From: Octopus sinensis
Lineage: Eukaryota
Direction: 5' to 3'
DNA: 64,000 bases
Assembly (NCBI RefSeq): GCF_006345805.1
Contig: NC_043002.1
Location: 86,800,001-86,864,000, forward strand
Shown: piece by piece, positions 35,765 to 49,164 of the stretch
How the letters are laid out: each line of letters opens with the position of its first letter
Numbering within the stretch: position 1 is the first letter of the stretch
Program-made: the position numbers and the translations under genes
The notes under the pieces: generated by a model
What the model saw: only the letters and a program-made list of their open reading frames with translations
Databases searched by the model: none
What the model was told of the DNA's origin: nothing

Positions 35765-37068
35765 TTACACTGAAAGACTGGTTGTTTTTCATAGTATAAT
35801 TTATGTTTATCATTTTACTATTAATTTCCTGTTGTTTGATACTGGAGTTATGAGATTTTAGTAGTACTTCACTTTATTTTTAATCACTTAGTCAGAAGAA
35901 GAATGATAGCACTCTTGACCCTTTTCAGAGTTTCTGATACTGTTAGGAGAAAAAAGAAAGTTAACCTTGTCCAAATGCTTGCAATGGAGTGTACTCCACT
36001 AAAGGCAACCAGTTACATAGCTAGAATTGTGTAATGTGATATTGGTTCTTCATGTATTTATTCGATCTTTTCCCATTTTATTGAGTGCATTTTATACTTT
36101 AAGATGTAAATAGTAATTAAAGATGAGCAGCAGAAACTGAGTGTTTTCTAGTTTACAAATTCTATTGTTGAAATGGAAACATGAAAATGGAATTCTAGAT
36201 TATGAATGTTTAGAACAAAGACATGGGAGTGGTTTTGGAGCATCAAGTTTGAGCAGAGGCTTATTGTAGTAACTGAAAAAAGGGGCAAAGGGCACAACTT
36301 GAAAAGTGTAGTTGGGAGAGATTTGTTAATCCTGTTTCCAGGCTCTTTAAGCTCTATAACTTATTTTCTTTTGTGATTCCATAAGCTCAAATATGCTCTC
36401 AGATCTCTTGGTCCAAAGCAGTTTTGCCTCATTTCATTTGCAAATACATGCTTTATGAATAAAAACTTCCCAATGCTTAAATTTGACCAAAATGTCTAAA
36501 AAAAATTTATAGCAATAAATATGGAATAAATGAGAGATGTAAAAATAATTATGTTTGCTTGACAATATTGTAACATTTTATACATCAAAATTTGGAAAAA
36601 CTTTACACAAAATTATGAAATAATGCTATAAAAAAGGAGGATAAAATATGAACATAGAAAACAATCAGTCTTATTAGCAAGAGGTGAAAGACTTAAGATT
36701 TCCTTCATAACTATCAAGAGAAAATAAAATGAATCATGTACGATTTAAAACAAGCTTTACATAAGTTTATCTGCCAGATACATTTATTGGTTCATACTTA
36801 TTGAGCAATTTTTAGTTTCTTTTTCTCTTTTTTTTTTTTCCATGTTACCTTGCCAGTGGTGTGTAATTTCCATTGAGAATGTTACTTTGACTTTCTCTCA
36901 GATGTGAAGCTTCCAAGAGACTGACATGCCAGCTTCATCCAAAATGCTAGTTGACTGTCTGTTGTCTGTTTTTGTTAAATGATACATTAATATATGTATA
37001 TATATATTCTGTAAATAATAATAATATTTATAAGCTTAAAGCTTTTAAGTGATCACCATATATATATA

Positions 37069-37265
37069 TCATTGTTTAACGTCTGCTTTCCATGCCGGCA
37101 TGGGTTGGACGGTTTGACTGAGGGTTGGTGAGCCAGAAGGCTGCACCAAGTTCCAATCTGATCTGGCAAAGTTTCTACAGCTGGATGCCCTTCCTAACAC
37201 CAACCACTATGAGAGTGTAGTGGGTACTTTAATGTGCCACCAGCATGAGGGCCAGTCAGGCTGTA
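37069..37265 (-). mobile_element. RTE 3' tail copy
   Basis: TTTAACGTCTGCTTTCCATGCCGGCATGGGTTGGACGG...GGATGCCCTTCCTAAC; TA runs on both sides. Confidence 0.85.
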
Positions 37266-39954
37266 CATATATATATTGAAGTTGCCTTTTATAATGTTCT
37301 CATGATGCCTTTCAATATTACCTTTCTTTTGATTGCTCTTTTTCTCATATTACTGTTGTTCCCTTCCTAAGTTTCACAAACTGGAGAAGAGGGGAAGCTG
37401 GCACAATAAACCATAGACACAATTGGTTCCATAAAATCCAATATGACATTGATATCAAGGTTTACTTCAGAAGTACAATTTTTCAGTATAAAATTTTGTC
37501 ATTTATGCAGGCCATTGTAGATGTCATCATAAACCCAGACTTTGATACCCTATGTTCCAGATTTTAATGAAATATGTTAAATTTCAACAAGCTTTTAAAG
37601 AAACTACCATGCATGAGTTATAAGCACCTTTAAAGTTATTTTGTATTATATCCAAAAAAAGATGCAAGTGAGTTTTAGAGTAAATTTGGAGGATTTACAT
37701 AGATGAAAATAAGCTAATATATGGTTTTCTCAGGAAATGTCCATGGTCCAATGTAGAGCATTTCCTTGTGTTCTATTTATTTTCATCCCAATTCTACATT
37801 CTGGAAAGGTTTTCATTTTTTCAGAAAATATTTTGCTTCTGAAAACTTGGATATTTGTTGTATAGTTTTGATAGCTCATTTTGTTTGTAATTTATTTTGT
37901 CTTAAGTATTATTGGTATTTTTGATATTGATGTTTGTGTCCACTAATGTGAATGTTTTTCATGCTTTCAACATCCTAACTGAGAACAATCTTCTAATTCA
38001 ACTTCAGAGCTAGTGATACTGATCATGTAGTACATTTTTCTTTTTAAAAAGTCTCGGATTAAATTCATTCAATTTAGCTATTACTTCCAAAATGTTACCA
38101 TCAAAATTGTAAAAAAATTTGCTTGGTGAATATAAGAAATTTTGACAAATGTATAAACCAATATAAAGTAGGAGTACAGTCACAAGACAGATTTATGATT
38201 GACTGACAGAAGGCCTTCTTGCATGTGTGTAACCTGTTAATCACATGCAATGACCTTCAGCTATTACCAAATATCTTGTAATCAGAGCTTCAGGTAAATA
38301 ATATAGTTCAAAAGTGGGTGGTGAGATTACACTTTCAAATTTCTAGATGTGTATGCAGTATTCTATAGAGAATTTATATTTTATATAAGGTCATAAGTAT
38401 TTTCAGGCTCTGAAAAAAAGTTCAAATATTTGCAATGCAATTTGTAAAATGTTTGTATGCTGTGAGTTTAACTGTTATTTTGCTTGGCAAAGAAGATTAC
38501 AAGTTGCTTATGGCATTTTTTTTCTTTCTTTCTTTTTTTTTTATAATGTTACCTCAGCTATACAGTATATGTTTGTTATGAAATTTCTTGAAATATAGTA
38601 ATGTCTGTTGCATTTCTAGAGCAAGCAATAATTTTAGTAATGTTCTATTTACATGTAGAGAAGGTCTGCTATTTTTATATTTTCATCTTTTTTGAAGCTG
38701 CTGTATTGTTGATAAATGCGGGTTGACTGAATCTATTGAAAGCTTTGCCTTGAAAGGGAGTAGAATGTTAATAACTGGTAGATTGGTGTCTAAGTTGGAA
38801 AGTAGTTTTTGAACAAGGAGGGAGAACTTGCTCAATCAATGGCATTCTTCATCCATGTTCTTAAGAGAATGGAAAGAACCTTCAAGTTAATTTTGACAAT
38901 TGTACTCATTCTTGTGAGGAGCCCAACTGTAATCCAGAGATCCTTTTTAAATCCTTCCCACAAATTATAAGTCAGAATATGGAGTTATGTAATTATCAAC
39001 TAGACAATCTATCAGAATACTCTGAAGGATTTGGCTTCTAAACTTCATGTCAAGCTGTGTTGTCTGGAGGAAGAACATTTTTTTTACTCAAATTTCAAGT
39101 GTTTTGTAACTAGTTACTTTCACTAAATAGGCCTGAAGGCAAGAAGTTGTCTTGCTTTGTGGTGTATTTGGTTCAAAAGCAACTGTAATATCTGTGTCAG
39201 TCATTGTATGCAAACAAGATGATTGTGCTGATATGGACAGTTAATGAACAACATGCTAAGAGGGGGAAAACCTTAGGGAATGGCAGTAGCATATAATTTG
39301 GGCCAGACTACAGAAATTTTAGTTGTAAAATACATCTTTCATGTTTTAAGAAGTTTCATTCCAAAATGATGTTTTCTATTCTTGATGCATACAAGTTCTA
39401 TTTTATACAAAGAAGCAATGACAATGAAAGAGAATAAAATCTTAATTTAAGATCTGATTAAATACTTACCTGCATTCAAACCCTAGGAGTTGTGATAAAT
39501 GTATGTAGTGTTTGTTTGTCTTTTTTCATGCTAGTATGTGTTGAACAAATCTGCTATATCACTTCACTCCAATTGTCTCGAGTCTTTGTCATCTACAATA
39601 CCCACTGCTCTATTTTCCTGCCTCTTCTATCTTGAGTACTTCTCTGCAGTAATTTGCATTATCTTATATACAGACCTCTCAAAGATAGATGTAAAACTAT
39701 TTTAAAGAAGTTTTGGATGATGAAACATATAGAATGTTTTAATGTCCATATTGCCATGCTTGCATTGATAAGTTGAAGTAGATTTCCTGCAGCCAAACTC
39801 TCTTGCTTTCACAAACCCACACCTGTCTTCTTTAATCTATCAAACAAGGAATAGCTTCAAAATAGTTTCTCATAATTGCAAATAAATACTACTGTATGTA
39901 TGAATGATGACTCTTCGCTTACAATTAGCATGTATATGTCAAGACAGAATATAT

Positions 39955-40120
39955 GTGCACACACAGTTTCTTCCAGTTTCTGTTTACTAAATTTCACTTG
40001 TGCAAGGCATTAGTCAACATGCAGCTATAGCAGTTATCAGCCAACAATGTCTGTAAGATGGGAATGAACCTTCAGCTACAAGGTTTCAAAGTGACTTCTT
40101 AACTACATGATGGTGCATAG
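39955..40120 (-). mobile_element. Degenerate tRNA-SINE head
   Basis: CAGTTTCTGTTTACTAAATTTCAC...AAGGCATTAGTCAAC...GGGAATGAACC; similar to 52445-52825. Confidence 0.5.
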
Positions 40121-40349
40121 GTTTGAGAGAGATGGAATTATATGTACAGTACTGTTTTTCCAGCACCTGTGGTTCCAGATCCATAGTGGTTATCCAGTTT
40201 GCCAGACTAACCAGACATAACAATTGAAAATAAATTCCTAAAAGGCTACTGCTATGTTAACTTTTTTGTCACCCTCTTGGCAGAACTTTTATTCACTAAG
40301 AGCATTTTATGAGGATGGAACACTCTCCTCATTCTGTTAATCACACAGA

Positions 40350-40725
40350 TGCAGGCATGGCTACATTAAGAAGTTTGCTTTGCAACCACGTTTTTGAGTT
40401 CGATTACACTGCTTGGCACTTTGAGCAGTGTAGTCTATAATCATAAACCAAAGCTTAGTGAGTAGATTTGGTCAATAGGAATGGAAAGAAGCCCATTTTG
40501 TGTGTGTGTGTGTCTGTCTGTCTTTATATTACATTGTATTTGTAAACAATGTTATACAAGTGATATCATTTGTTAGCAACCGCCAATGGAAACAATATTG
40601 TACTGTTCATATGCCAAGTACTAGGGTTAGTGACAAGAGCAGCATCCAGTTATAGAAAATCTGCCTCAATGGATCTTTTGTCTGACCAATGCAAATATGG
40701 AAAAGTAGACCTTAAAACAATCATA
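40350..40725 (+). mobile_element. tRNA-headed SINE ending in an RTE-like tail
   Basis: GCAGGCATGGCT..GAGTTCGATT head, internal (TG)n, and 3' GCATCCAGTTATAGAAAATCTGCC...ATGGAAAAGTAGACCTTAAAAC resembling the RTE tail. Confidence 0.6.
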
Positions 40726-41236
40726 ACTGCTTAGCTTCTCACTGAAATTCTTTCACTATATCTGCACTTTCCTGCATCTATATTTGCTTGTATTATGCTA
40801 TTCATTATCACTGATACTTACATTATGACTGGAAGCCATAATTTGGGATAAATGTAAGCAAAATTGATGTCTCCTGTTGTTTGAATTAAGAGGTTTTGAA
40901 CCTTCAGTTACCAGGAAATTGATGTACCCGTTTTGTTGTACAGTAAGTAGGCTGGATGTCATCTAGCTCACTGCAAGTTGTAACCATATCTATAAGAATA
41001 TTTTAACATGCCACTAGTCTAATAAATTGATATAGTCTTGTTGCAGTTGAATAATTGTAAACTGTATCTCCTCATTTGTAGTTAGGTGGACTCGAGACAT
41101 TGTCTTTACAAGAAATGGTATCTGGCCACTGACAATGTAAACTTTTAACTTTGCACCAGTTCCAGTGGATCAAAATTAAGGTCTCAATTTTATACTGTTT
41201 AAATTAAAATCTTAGATTAAATTATCTTACTTGACT

Positions 41237-41260
41237 ATAATATATATATATATATTATAT

Positions 41261-41308
<48 letters not shown>
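41237..41308. repeat. (TA)n microsatellite, interrupted
   Basis: Seen directly. Confidence 0.95.
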
Positions 41309-41313
<5 letters not shown>

Positions 41314-42624
41314 AAAAAATGAAGTTCGAAAATGCTGCTGTATTATACAATTTTTAATTTTTATATATACATTATAACATGTTTCAGTTCCTGAAATGAA
41401 CCTTATCAAAAAAAGTTATATATAAAAAGAGACAGCTCATGCCGTCAAACACAAGAAATTCATTTATAATACATAACGGAGTCAGACATCTTAGAGTTCA
41501 TGTATAGTTGATATATAGTTCATGTATAGTTGATATATAGTTTGAAGTATATGTTCAAAGTGTTCGATGCAGTGGCCCACGGTGGCGATACGTATTCAAT
41601 ACAAAAAACAGATCAAAGTGGTGGAAAGCGGTCAATACAGAAGATTGATGTTTCCGAAAGAGCGAGGAATTCATTTTTACCTTAAGCAATTGTGATGACC
41701 CATGGTGGAAGTTCGCTGGGTGATATATATATTAGGCATTTTGCATTGTATATTTAAAGAAGTTATTTAAGAATTGAAAATATATGTGTTGTAAGGAATT
41801 AACTAGGCTTTTCTTTGATGCATATAGTAATTGAAATGACTCAGTTTTAATTGAAAATCAAAATTAATTTATATTCAATACTGGATGTCCTAAATTTCCA
41901 AGATATTTCTTTTGCCTAGTTTGCATATAACTGTTCAAATTGTTGTTAAACTGCAAAAGGGTTTTTTTAATGTCTACTTTAATAAATGGATTAATTTTTC
42001 TTTTTGTAATACTTCAGCTATGGTTATTTTAGTGAAGAGAACCTTCCGGATATATCATTCTTAAGTTCATCATAAGACTAATAGATTGTTCTTTGATTTT
42101 TACTATTATTGCTTATAGTTTTTTACATAGGAAAATAATTTACAACATTTTTTACCATCAATATTTTATGTCTTATTTTTTCTATGCTAGCATTAGATTA
42201 CTAAAGCAAGGAGTTGTTGCCCTCCAAGATGCTTGTGCACAATTTTTAGCATGGTTTCTACTGTTGGATGCCCTTTCTAACAACCAGCCACTTTGGTGCT
42301 CTGTGCATTTTATTGTGGTGCCAGCACTAGAGTTTTTATTTTTGGCAAGGTCAAAGTGTCCTCTCTACTCTGTCTGTTTGTTCAAAACAAAGTAGCCAAG
42401 AAAATGATAGAAAAGAAATTATGATGATAGAACAGAGTGAAAGGGGCAAGACAATGTTTGAGGAGGTTGTAATGATAGAAACAGCATGGACAGCATAGGA
42501 AAAGAAGAGATTTCTGACTGGAAGATGAAGTAAAGGAAGTGAGATGGGAGCAATGTATATTGAGTGATGGGAATAACGAGAGTTTGGGCGTTGGTAAAGG
42601 GGACTTATTCAAATCCCAGCCATC

Positions 42625-43110
42625 CATTTTGTCATGCTTGCTTTGGTTGATGGGTTGTCTCCTGTATCACTTATCATGGACCTAAATAATATCTTTCATG
42701 GAGCTCAGTTTCTTGAAATAAGTATTCACCATTTTGTCCCGTCTTCCTAGATTTTCTTCCAGCTCTAGTGCTCTGCATTTTGTTAAACAACTGATGTCCT
42801 CTCTACCAATACAGTTTTCTCTCTTGCACACTGCTTCTGATTCCTCTTATAGCTAGCTTTCTTCTCAATTCATTTGTGCTTCAGCATTCATGTACACTAA
42901 TAATACACATTTTATATGTGCATGTTCACTTCATTTCTTTCTAGTTTTCTTGACTCCTCCACATTCAAAATCCCTACTACTATGCAATGTCACACTCTAC
43001 ACATAAGCCCCACACACCCTGCCTTTCACTTTTAAGAGAAACCCTTTGTTACTAGTTGAGATAATAGCCTAAATTTTTTTCCACTTGTTCCTGTGGCTGC
43101 TATGTATTTG
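42625..43110 (-). mobile_element. Old RTE LINE fragment
   Basis: Minus strand WKKFRLLSQLVTKGFLLKVKGRVCGAYV*SVTLH matches RTE ORF2 (cf. AWAKFRKLLPLLATKGLSLRVKGRLYDACVRTAMLH). Confidence 0.65.
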
Positions 43111-46088
43111 GAATGGGCTCTTCCAATTTTAATAAGTCATCTAAGTAAGAAAAGCTATTCACATTCTAAAAGCTTTCCAAGCAGTTATAAGAATTTATTC
43201 CACATGTACTATTACTGCCGAGTGCCCCTGTGCATTTTCACTTATGAAGTCTACTTCTTTGTCAGCTTGCCTGTGATTCAACCACCCCTTGTGCATCCAT
43301 ATGATGTATAGAATGTTTATCTGTTTGTATACTGAGCATGGTCATTTGTCTAATGGCAGCAATCCTATCTTTTCTACTTTCTCAGACTTGTCTTTGCTCA
43401 CCTTAGAGCCCTCAATTATAGGTTTTGCTCCAGTATCTGAAATTTCTTCTCTAAATAGTCTAATGATTTAACTGTATAAACAAGGGTGTCAGTATATAGG
43501 AGTTCCCACGAAGAGATGTGATAGATTTACAACTGGATGACCTTTAAAGTACACTTAAATATATAATTTCATACAATATTAATATACTTGTTCATTAGCA
43601 GAAATATACTTGTTCATCTAAGAAAGACTGAGTGTTGCCTAAAGAATAAGTTAAAGGACCAGTTTATCAATGTAGGCTTTGGATTAAGTCTTACTTTAGT
43701 TTCCATTTAATTTGATTATCCTATTAGTTTGTGAATTTGAATTGCTTAATCAGTTTTGTGATGGGATTTTTCCCATTTCCTTTTTCAATTTGGGATGGTT
43801 TCTAATGTTTTAATATAGTGGATTGAGGGAAATGGCACTTTATTGTACTTGAGACCCTGTGCAATCTTAAGTCTTCAGATTCTGGATATTTAGCTATGGT
43901 GCTGATGACAGATTCTTCAAATCTAATAACCTGCAGACCTGTTAATAAGTTTATGGAAGAGGGACAGTACCCCATGGCCTTTGCAAGCCCATCTAACTGG
44001 TGACATTAGTGTCTTTAGGTTGATGTTAGTTGGGTATTGCGCAGTTGCATTGTAGGATATAGGGAGAGGTGTGAGAAATGAAGACCAAGATAGTTGCCAT
44101 AGAATGGAAATGTAATTGGCTAGATCAGAGGAACAGAGGTTGTCACAGACGTAGTAGGTATAAATAAACTATCTGTATGCTGGTGGTTGAAGCCTGCCAT
44201 GGTATGAAGGTGAGTCGGAAAGTAATGCAACTAAAAATTGCATTGCTTTCTGATTCACACTCATATTTGGTTGTAATTTAAGATGTATTTATGTGCAGCA
44301 ACAGCAGACATTTAAGCAGTACTCTAATATAGGTCTTAATTGAATTCTGTCAGTGGTTATCAACTGACCTGGGTTGAAGTAATTTCTGACCCTAAAGAGG
44401 AAAACAATTTTACATAGTGCAGTCTGACAATATCATGGTGACCTTATATATGCTGAAAGTTTCAGAGGTCTGGCTTTTGTAGCAACTTTGAAAGCATTGT
44501 ATGTGGTGTCAAGACAAGGATGAACACACACATACAACAAGCTTTTTTAATTTACAAGGCTTTGATTAGCCTGCGCTATAGAATAAAACACTTATCCAAG
44601 ATGCTATGCAGAATTAAGTGACTGGAAAGCAAACTTGTAAACCACCTAGTCATGCTTGCATTTTGTTATAATTAATTTTGAAAATAAGTCTAGAATTTGC
44701 AGCATTATAATAAAATAACTTAGCTATTTTTCTTTATTAATCTGGCAGTTGGCACACAGCTTAAAAGGTTTTTAAATTAGGTTATGGTGGAAGGTTTTAA
44801 TTTCAATATGGCTTTAAAATGGGTGTTTTTTTTTTATTAGGGAACTTGACTTTGTTTTAGGTTGCTTGTCATTAAAAAAATATATATAAATTTGATTCCT
44901 AATCCATTTCATCCCACATTTTAGGCAATATATACTTCAGTATACATTCAAGAATAAAATATTGTTGCTCCACAAATACAAATTAGATTAAACATTTGAA
45001 GATATTGTCATGTGATTCCTTTCACTCAGCAATGCAAATATTTCCCCATGAGATATGTCTGATATTTGTTATGGTCAGCCAGAAAATGAAATTTAATATA
45101 ATGTTATCTTTCTATAACTAGATAGAATCTGAATATACAAAAACAGGCTCCTAACCTGAGGTGTTCACACCTCCAGGGATGGGGATGGGGAAATGGGGTT
45201 TCAGGGTTGTGATAGGAAAGCATATGCATTATTAAAATCATTACTAATTACCATACTATTTTGAGTTCAGTGCCATTGCACAAACTTGGGTGTCTTCTAC
45301 TGTAGCACCAAGCTAACCAGTGCCTTGTTGGGTGAATTTTGTAGATGGAAACTGGAAATTCATCATATATATGAGAGAGAGAGAAAAAAATTACAGCATT
45401 CATAAGAATCTAGGCATATCAACATGTAGGATCCAGAACTGGCTAGGTACCATAACATAGGGTTTACATTGAGATAAAACAACCATGAGGTATCATGTTG
45501 GTAGTATACAGTAGATATGTGTAGATAGGTAAGTACAAAATCTAATTTAAGCCATAGATCCAACTCAGGGCTGGTTACAGATGTGGTATAGGTGTAAAAA
45601 GAACACATGGGGTCTAAAATTTACTTAAACTGTTTCAGTAGAATTTTATTGATGTTCATCGATCACATCATAGCATAAATCCACTATCCTCATGTAAAAT
45701 TTTAAACTGATATAAATAGGCAAAGTATTACTTTGATGATGACCTATCCAACAAACGTAGGTGATATTTTGAAAAGAACCTTTAAATTTATAGAAAATTC
45801 AAAAGTATAACGAGAATGCAAGAAGGAAAGAGGTCAAAACAACTCTATTATTTCAGGCAGTTATCTTAATTATTGCTGTGAAGGAGAGTCAGGAAATAGA
45901 CAAGCTGTAGCCAAAACATTTCTAGGATGATAACTTGTTGGTTGAGATGAAGGGAGCAGACATTAGGGCAGCAACACACACACGTTCTGTTATTTCTTAT
46001 GTATATGTCTGTGTGTGTATTGATATCTGTGTACTAGTGTGAAACATCACTTATTATCATCAAGGTTTTACCTTGCTTGTTTATACCC

Positions 46089-46167
46089 GTTTAAAATTTT
46101 ACCTGAAGATTTATATTGTGGATACATCAACAAAATTCTATTGAAACAGCTGTAGTAAATTTTAAAC
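46089..46167 (+). ncRNA. Minimal type I hammerhead ribozyme motif (Penelope-associated type), stem II degenerate
   Basis: Stem I GTTTAAAATTTTAC / GTAAATTTTAAAC (13 bp, one bulge) encloses CTGAAGA (46103-46109), GAAA (46143-46146), palindromic ACAGCTGT and a GTA cleavage triplet (46152-46154). Confidence 0.6.
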
Positions 46168-48673
46168 CCCTTTTGTGTTTATATATATATATATATATGA
46201 CCCTTAAGGTATTGTGATCAGCTGTGTCATCATTTAGTTTTGCAATAACATACTTCTGTGAACCTGGTTTTGGTTATCTTTTTGACAGTCAAGACAAAAT
46301 CTAGGAATCTCTTGAATCCATACATTTCCACTGATAGTAGTCAGCAAGAAAATTCCATGTTCTAATAAAGTTAGGAATGAAGAGCAAGAAGGAATAAAGA
46401 AATCATAGAATTTAATGTTCTCAATTATGATTTATTTATTTTCTAATTACTTTAGTTATGTTTGCAGCTTATGCACTAAGTTAAAACTTATTGAGTTCAA
46501 TTTGTTCCTCCGCAGTACTCTATATGGTTCAGTTTTAAAAATAAAGTAGTTAGAAGAAAATTTACTTTTTCATTTCTGCATGTGTTATTACTTTTGTAAG
46601 GTAGGTGTGTGAAAATTAAACATTTCCTAGGAGTGCAGGGCATAGGTAAGTGGAAACCAATATAAAAGCTGTATGTCACATTCATTATGGACCATACTGG
46701 TTCTGTCTGCATAGCTTGATGCAAACTGCAGAAAACTAATATGCACAAAACAATGATGCTCTGCTGTATACACATACCTTATTTATAGATTACCTACATA
46801 GTGAAATCAAAATACTCAACATGAAAAACTCTACATCTACTTTACTGTTCTTAACGACAGTATGCTCTGTAATGGCAATCTCCTACATTTATAACATTGC
46901 TACCAAAACTGTATACCAAAAAAAAGTTCTTCAGGGCTAGCAATTACCTCCATCTTGATCACTTGCTGTTCTTAGTAGATCACATTTGAGAGAGTGTTGC
47001 TACTACACTTAAAAAAAAATATCCTAGACTGCATCCAAAAGAAGGCATTCCTGTTGATTAGCAAAGGTTCACTTACCAACATGTTACTGCTACTAGTTCA
47101 CTGTCATCTTTTCCACCACTATGCAGCAGCATCTGCTCTTCACTTATCCAGTCAAAGGTACTGTTCTCTTCTTTTACCACTCCTGCTATAATCTCATCAG
47201 ATTCCACACAAGACATTGCTGCCTGATTTGCTTCATTCAGCAAGCTAATATTTTTTCTTCTCAGCTGATGTTTCACAAACAGTATTATTGAGACCTTTTC
47301 GTTGCCTTCAGATATCATTCGTATGCTATCAGATTTTTGAAGTTTACAGGAATGTTGGAATCACCTATTCTGTACACTAACATTTTGATGAATGTTCAGA
47401 TGTTAAAACCATGAAAGATTCTTGTTTGAAGACTTCCAAAAAGCTATTTTCATGCATTTCTGGTGATATTGAATCTTGTCATCAAGAATGCCATTGCAGA
47501 GAAGTATCTTTCCAGATATGTAGGTGGTTTTTTCACAAATTATTTTACTAAGTTGAAATAGTGGGCTATATCTACTTTGTTTCAGTTGCTGATGGTTAAC
47601 AGATGATCTGAATCTTTTTGAAGGTGATGATTAGCCCAAATTACCTGTACCCAAGGTGATCACATGAGGTTACTGTTCAAATATCTGAGATATTTCTACT
47701 GCACCCAAAATAAGGCAGTCTGGCTGATTATCAAAGACCAAGAAATGTTAACCACCCCTGACTCTCTGCACTATTTTTCTATTTTCATGTATTACCTCTA
47801 CTTCAACAATGTCCTCTTTTGGAACTAGCAAGCTCAAAACCATTTCTACATACTTGCTGCTACCCATTTTGTATTATGTATGTTAAATCAAGGACTAAGA
47901 TGTGGATTAATTCCACTGTGTTGCATTTGCAAACCAAATACCTGAGAATAGGGAGTAATAAATTATATTCTATTATTTTGAACTTATTTAGTTTGATTCT
48001 GCTTCATTCTGCTTTCTAAAATCTCTGCATAACTTCGAATTAGTTTTGTTGCTAAACAAGGACTTCTTACTTGCTTGTGTTGATATGAGAATAGTATTAT
48101 TATAAAATACAAGTGATTTGTCTCAGCTATACAAATCAAAGTCCAACTCAGTGGTTTATTATAAAGAATTTTTAAGTCAAATGTTCCTGTTTCTACTTCA
48201 CTCTTGCTCTAAATAGCATGTGCTGTATTGCTATGTTATCAGAAATTGCAGCTAAATCTCTGCTTTTGTTAGCATTGATATATTGTCATACCAATAAGAT
48301 TATTATTCACATACTGAAGAGCAGGGTTTGCTATTATCTTCTCTGTTGTGTAAAAGCTAAGACAGTTCTGGTAGAATTTAGTCAGACCTCAATGTTTTTC
48401 AATTATCTAGTTAGATCATCACACAATCATAGAGGACCTTCTATCTCAGCAGCTAATTCTAAATACATTGACTGAAGAGTTAATTATCTTAACTGTACAA
48501 TACATTCTATCTTTATCATGTCACAAAAATCATGAGCTGTGGAGTTGACATGTTTCAACTTGGTCATTGCAACTCCTAATTACTAATTGTAAACTGTAAT
48601 TAGGTATGATTAATCTATTTTACAGATTAATTCCAAATTCTTCTTTTTCCTCATTTTTCTGTCCAGGTAAGTT

Positions 48674-48677
<4 letters not shown>

Positions 48678-48769
<92 letters not shown>
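48678..48769. repeat. (CT)n microsatellite
   Basis: Seen directly; source of the RE-repeat and SL-repeat ORFs in the track. Confidence 0.97.
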
Positions 48770-48771
<2 letters not shown>

Positions 48772-49164
48772 TGGAAACCACAAATTTGATTTATATATCA
48801 TTTCATATTAGATTTGCCAAATAAGGAATTTTCAAACTGAAGGTGGATACAGTCCTTTTATCTGTATTATATTGAGAGCTGGAGGATTTCCTTAGTACAC
48901 ATTAACACTTTACTAGTCAGAGTAATACCAAGTGGTTTCAATTTCCTACTGATATAATAGGGTATTTTGAGAAAAGCAGCTGTAACTTTTCTGACAATTT
49001 GGGAAGAGAATTGCCAATTAAAGTTAATATGACATCTTTTTCATTTTTATTGTTGAGTGTTGTCATGTTTAAGGTAGTACAGTATATTAAAATCTATCAA
49101 AAAATGAAATGCAATTCAGCTGTCATTGAATTTTTTAATATGTACATATCATTTTATGCCTGTT

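Noticed and set aside
41545-41690. Short frame FKVFDAVAHGG resembling the RT motif KAFDxVxH
   Set aside because: Isolated motif with no other RT motifs nearby.
44203-44240. Mariner-like TIR start (TATGAAGGTGAGTCGGAAAGTAATGC)
   Set aside because: No matching second TIR or transposase codons identified.
47073-47318. Acidic minus-strand ORF reminiscent of a pogo/Tigger transposase C-terminus
   Set aside because: Resemblance is impressionistic (SDEIIAGV); no DDE motif or TIR found.
48541-48580. Minus-strand GAAACATGTC within a GGAGTT/AACTCC stem
   Set aside because: The CUGANGA position reads GCAATGA (4 of 7) and there is no stem II; too weak.
48606-48824. RE-repeat and SL-repeat ORFs; also the YI/HT-repeat ORFs at 30757-31007, 41227-41409 and 58586-59266
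   Set aside because: Translations of microsatellites.
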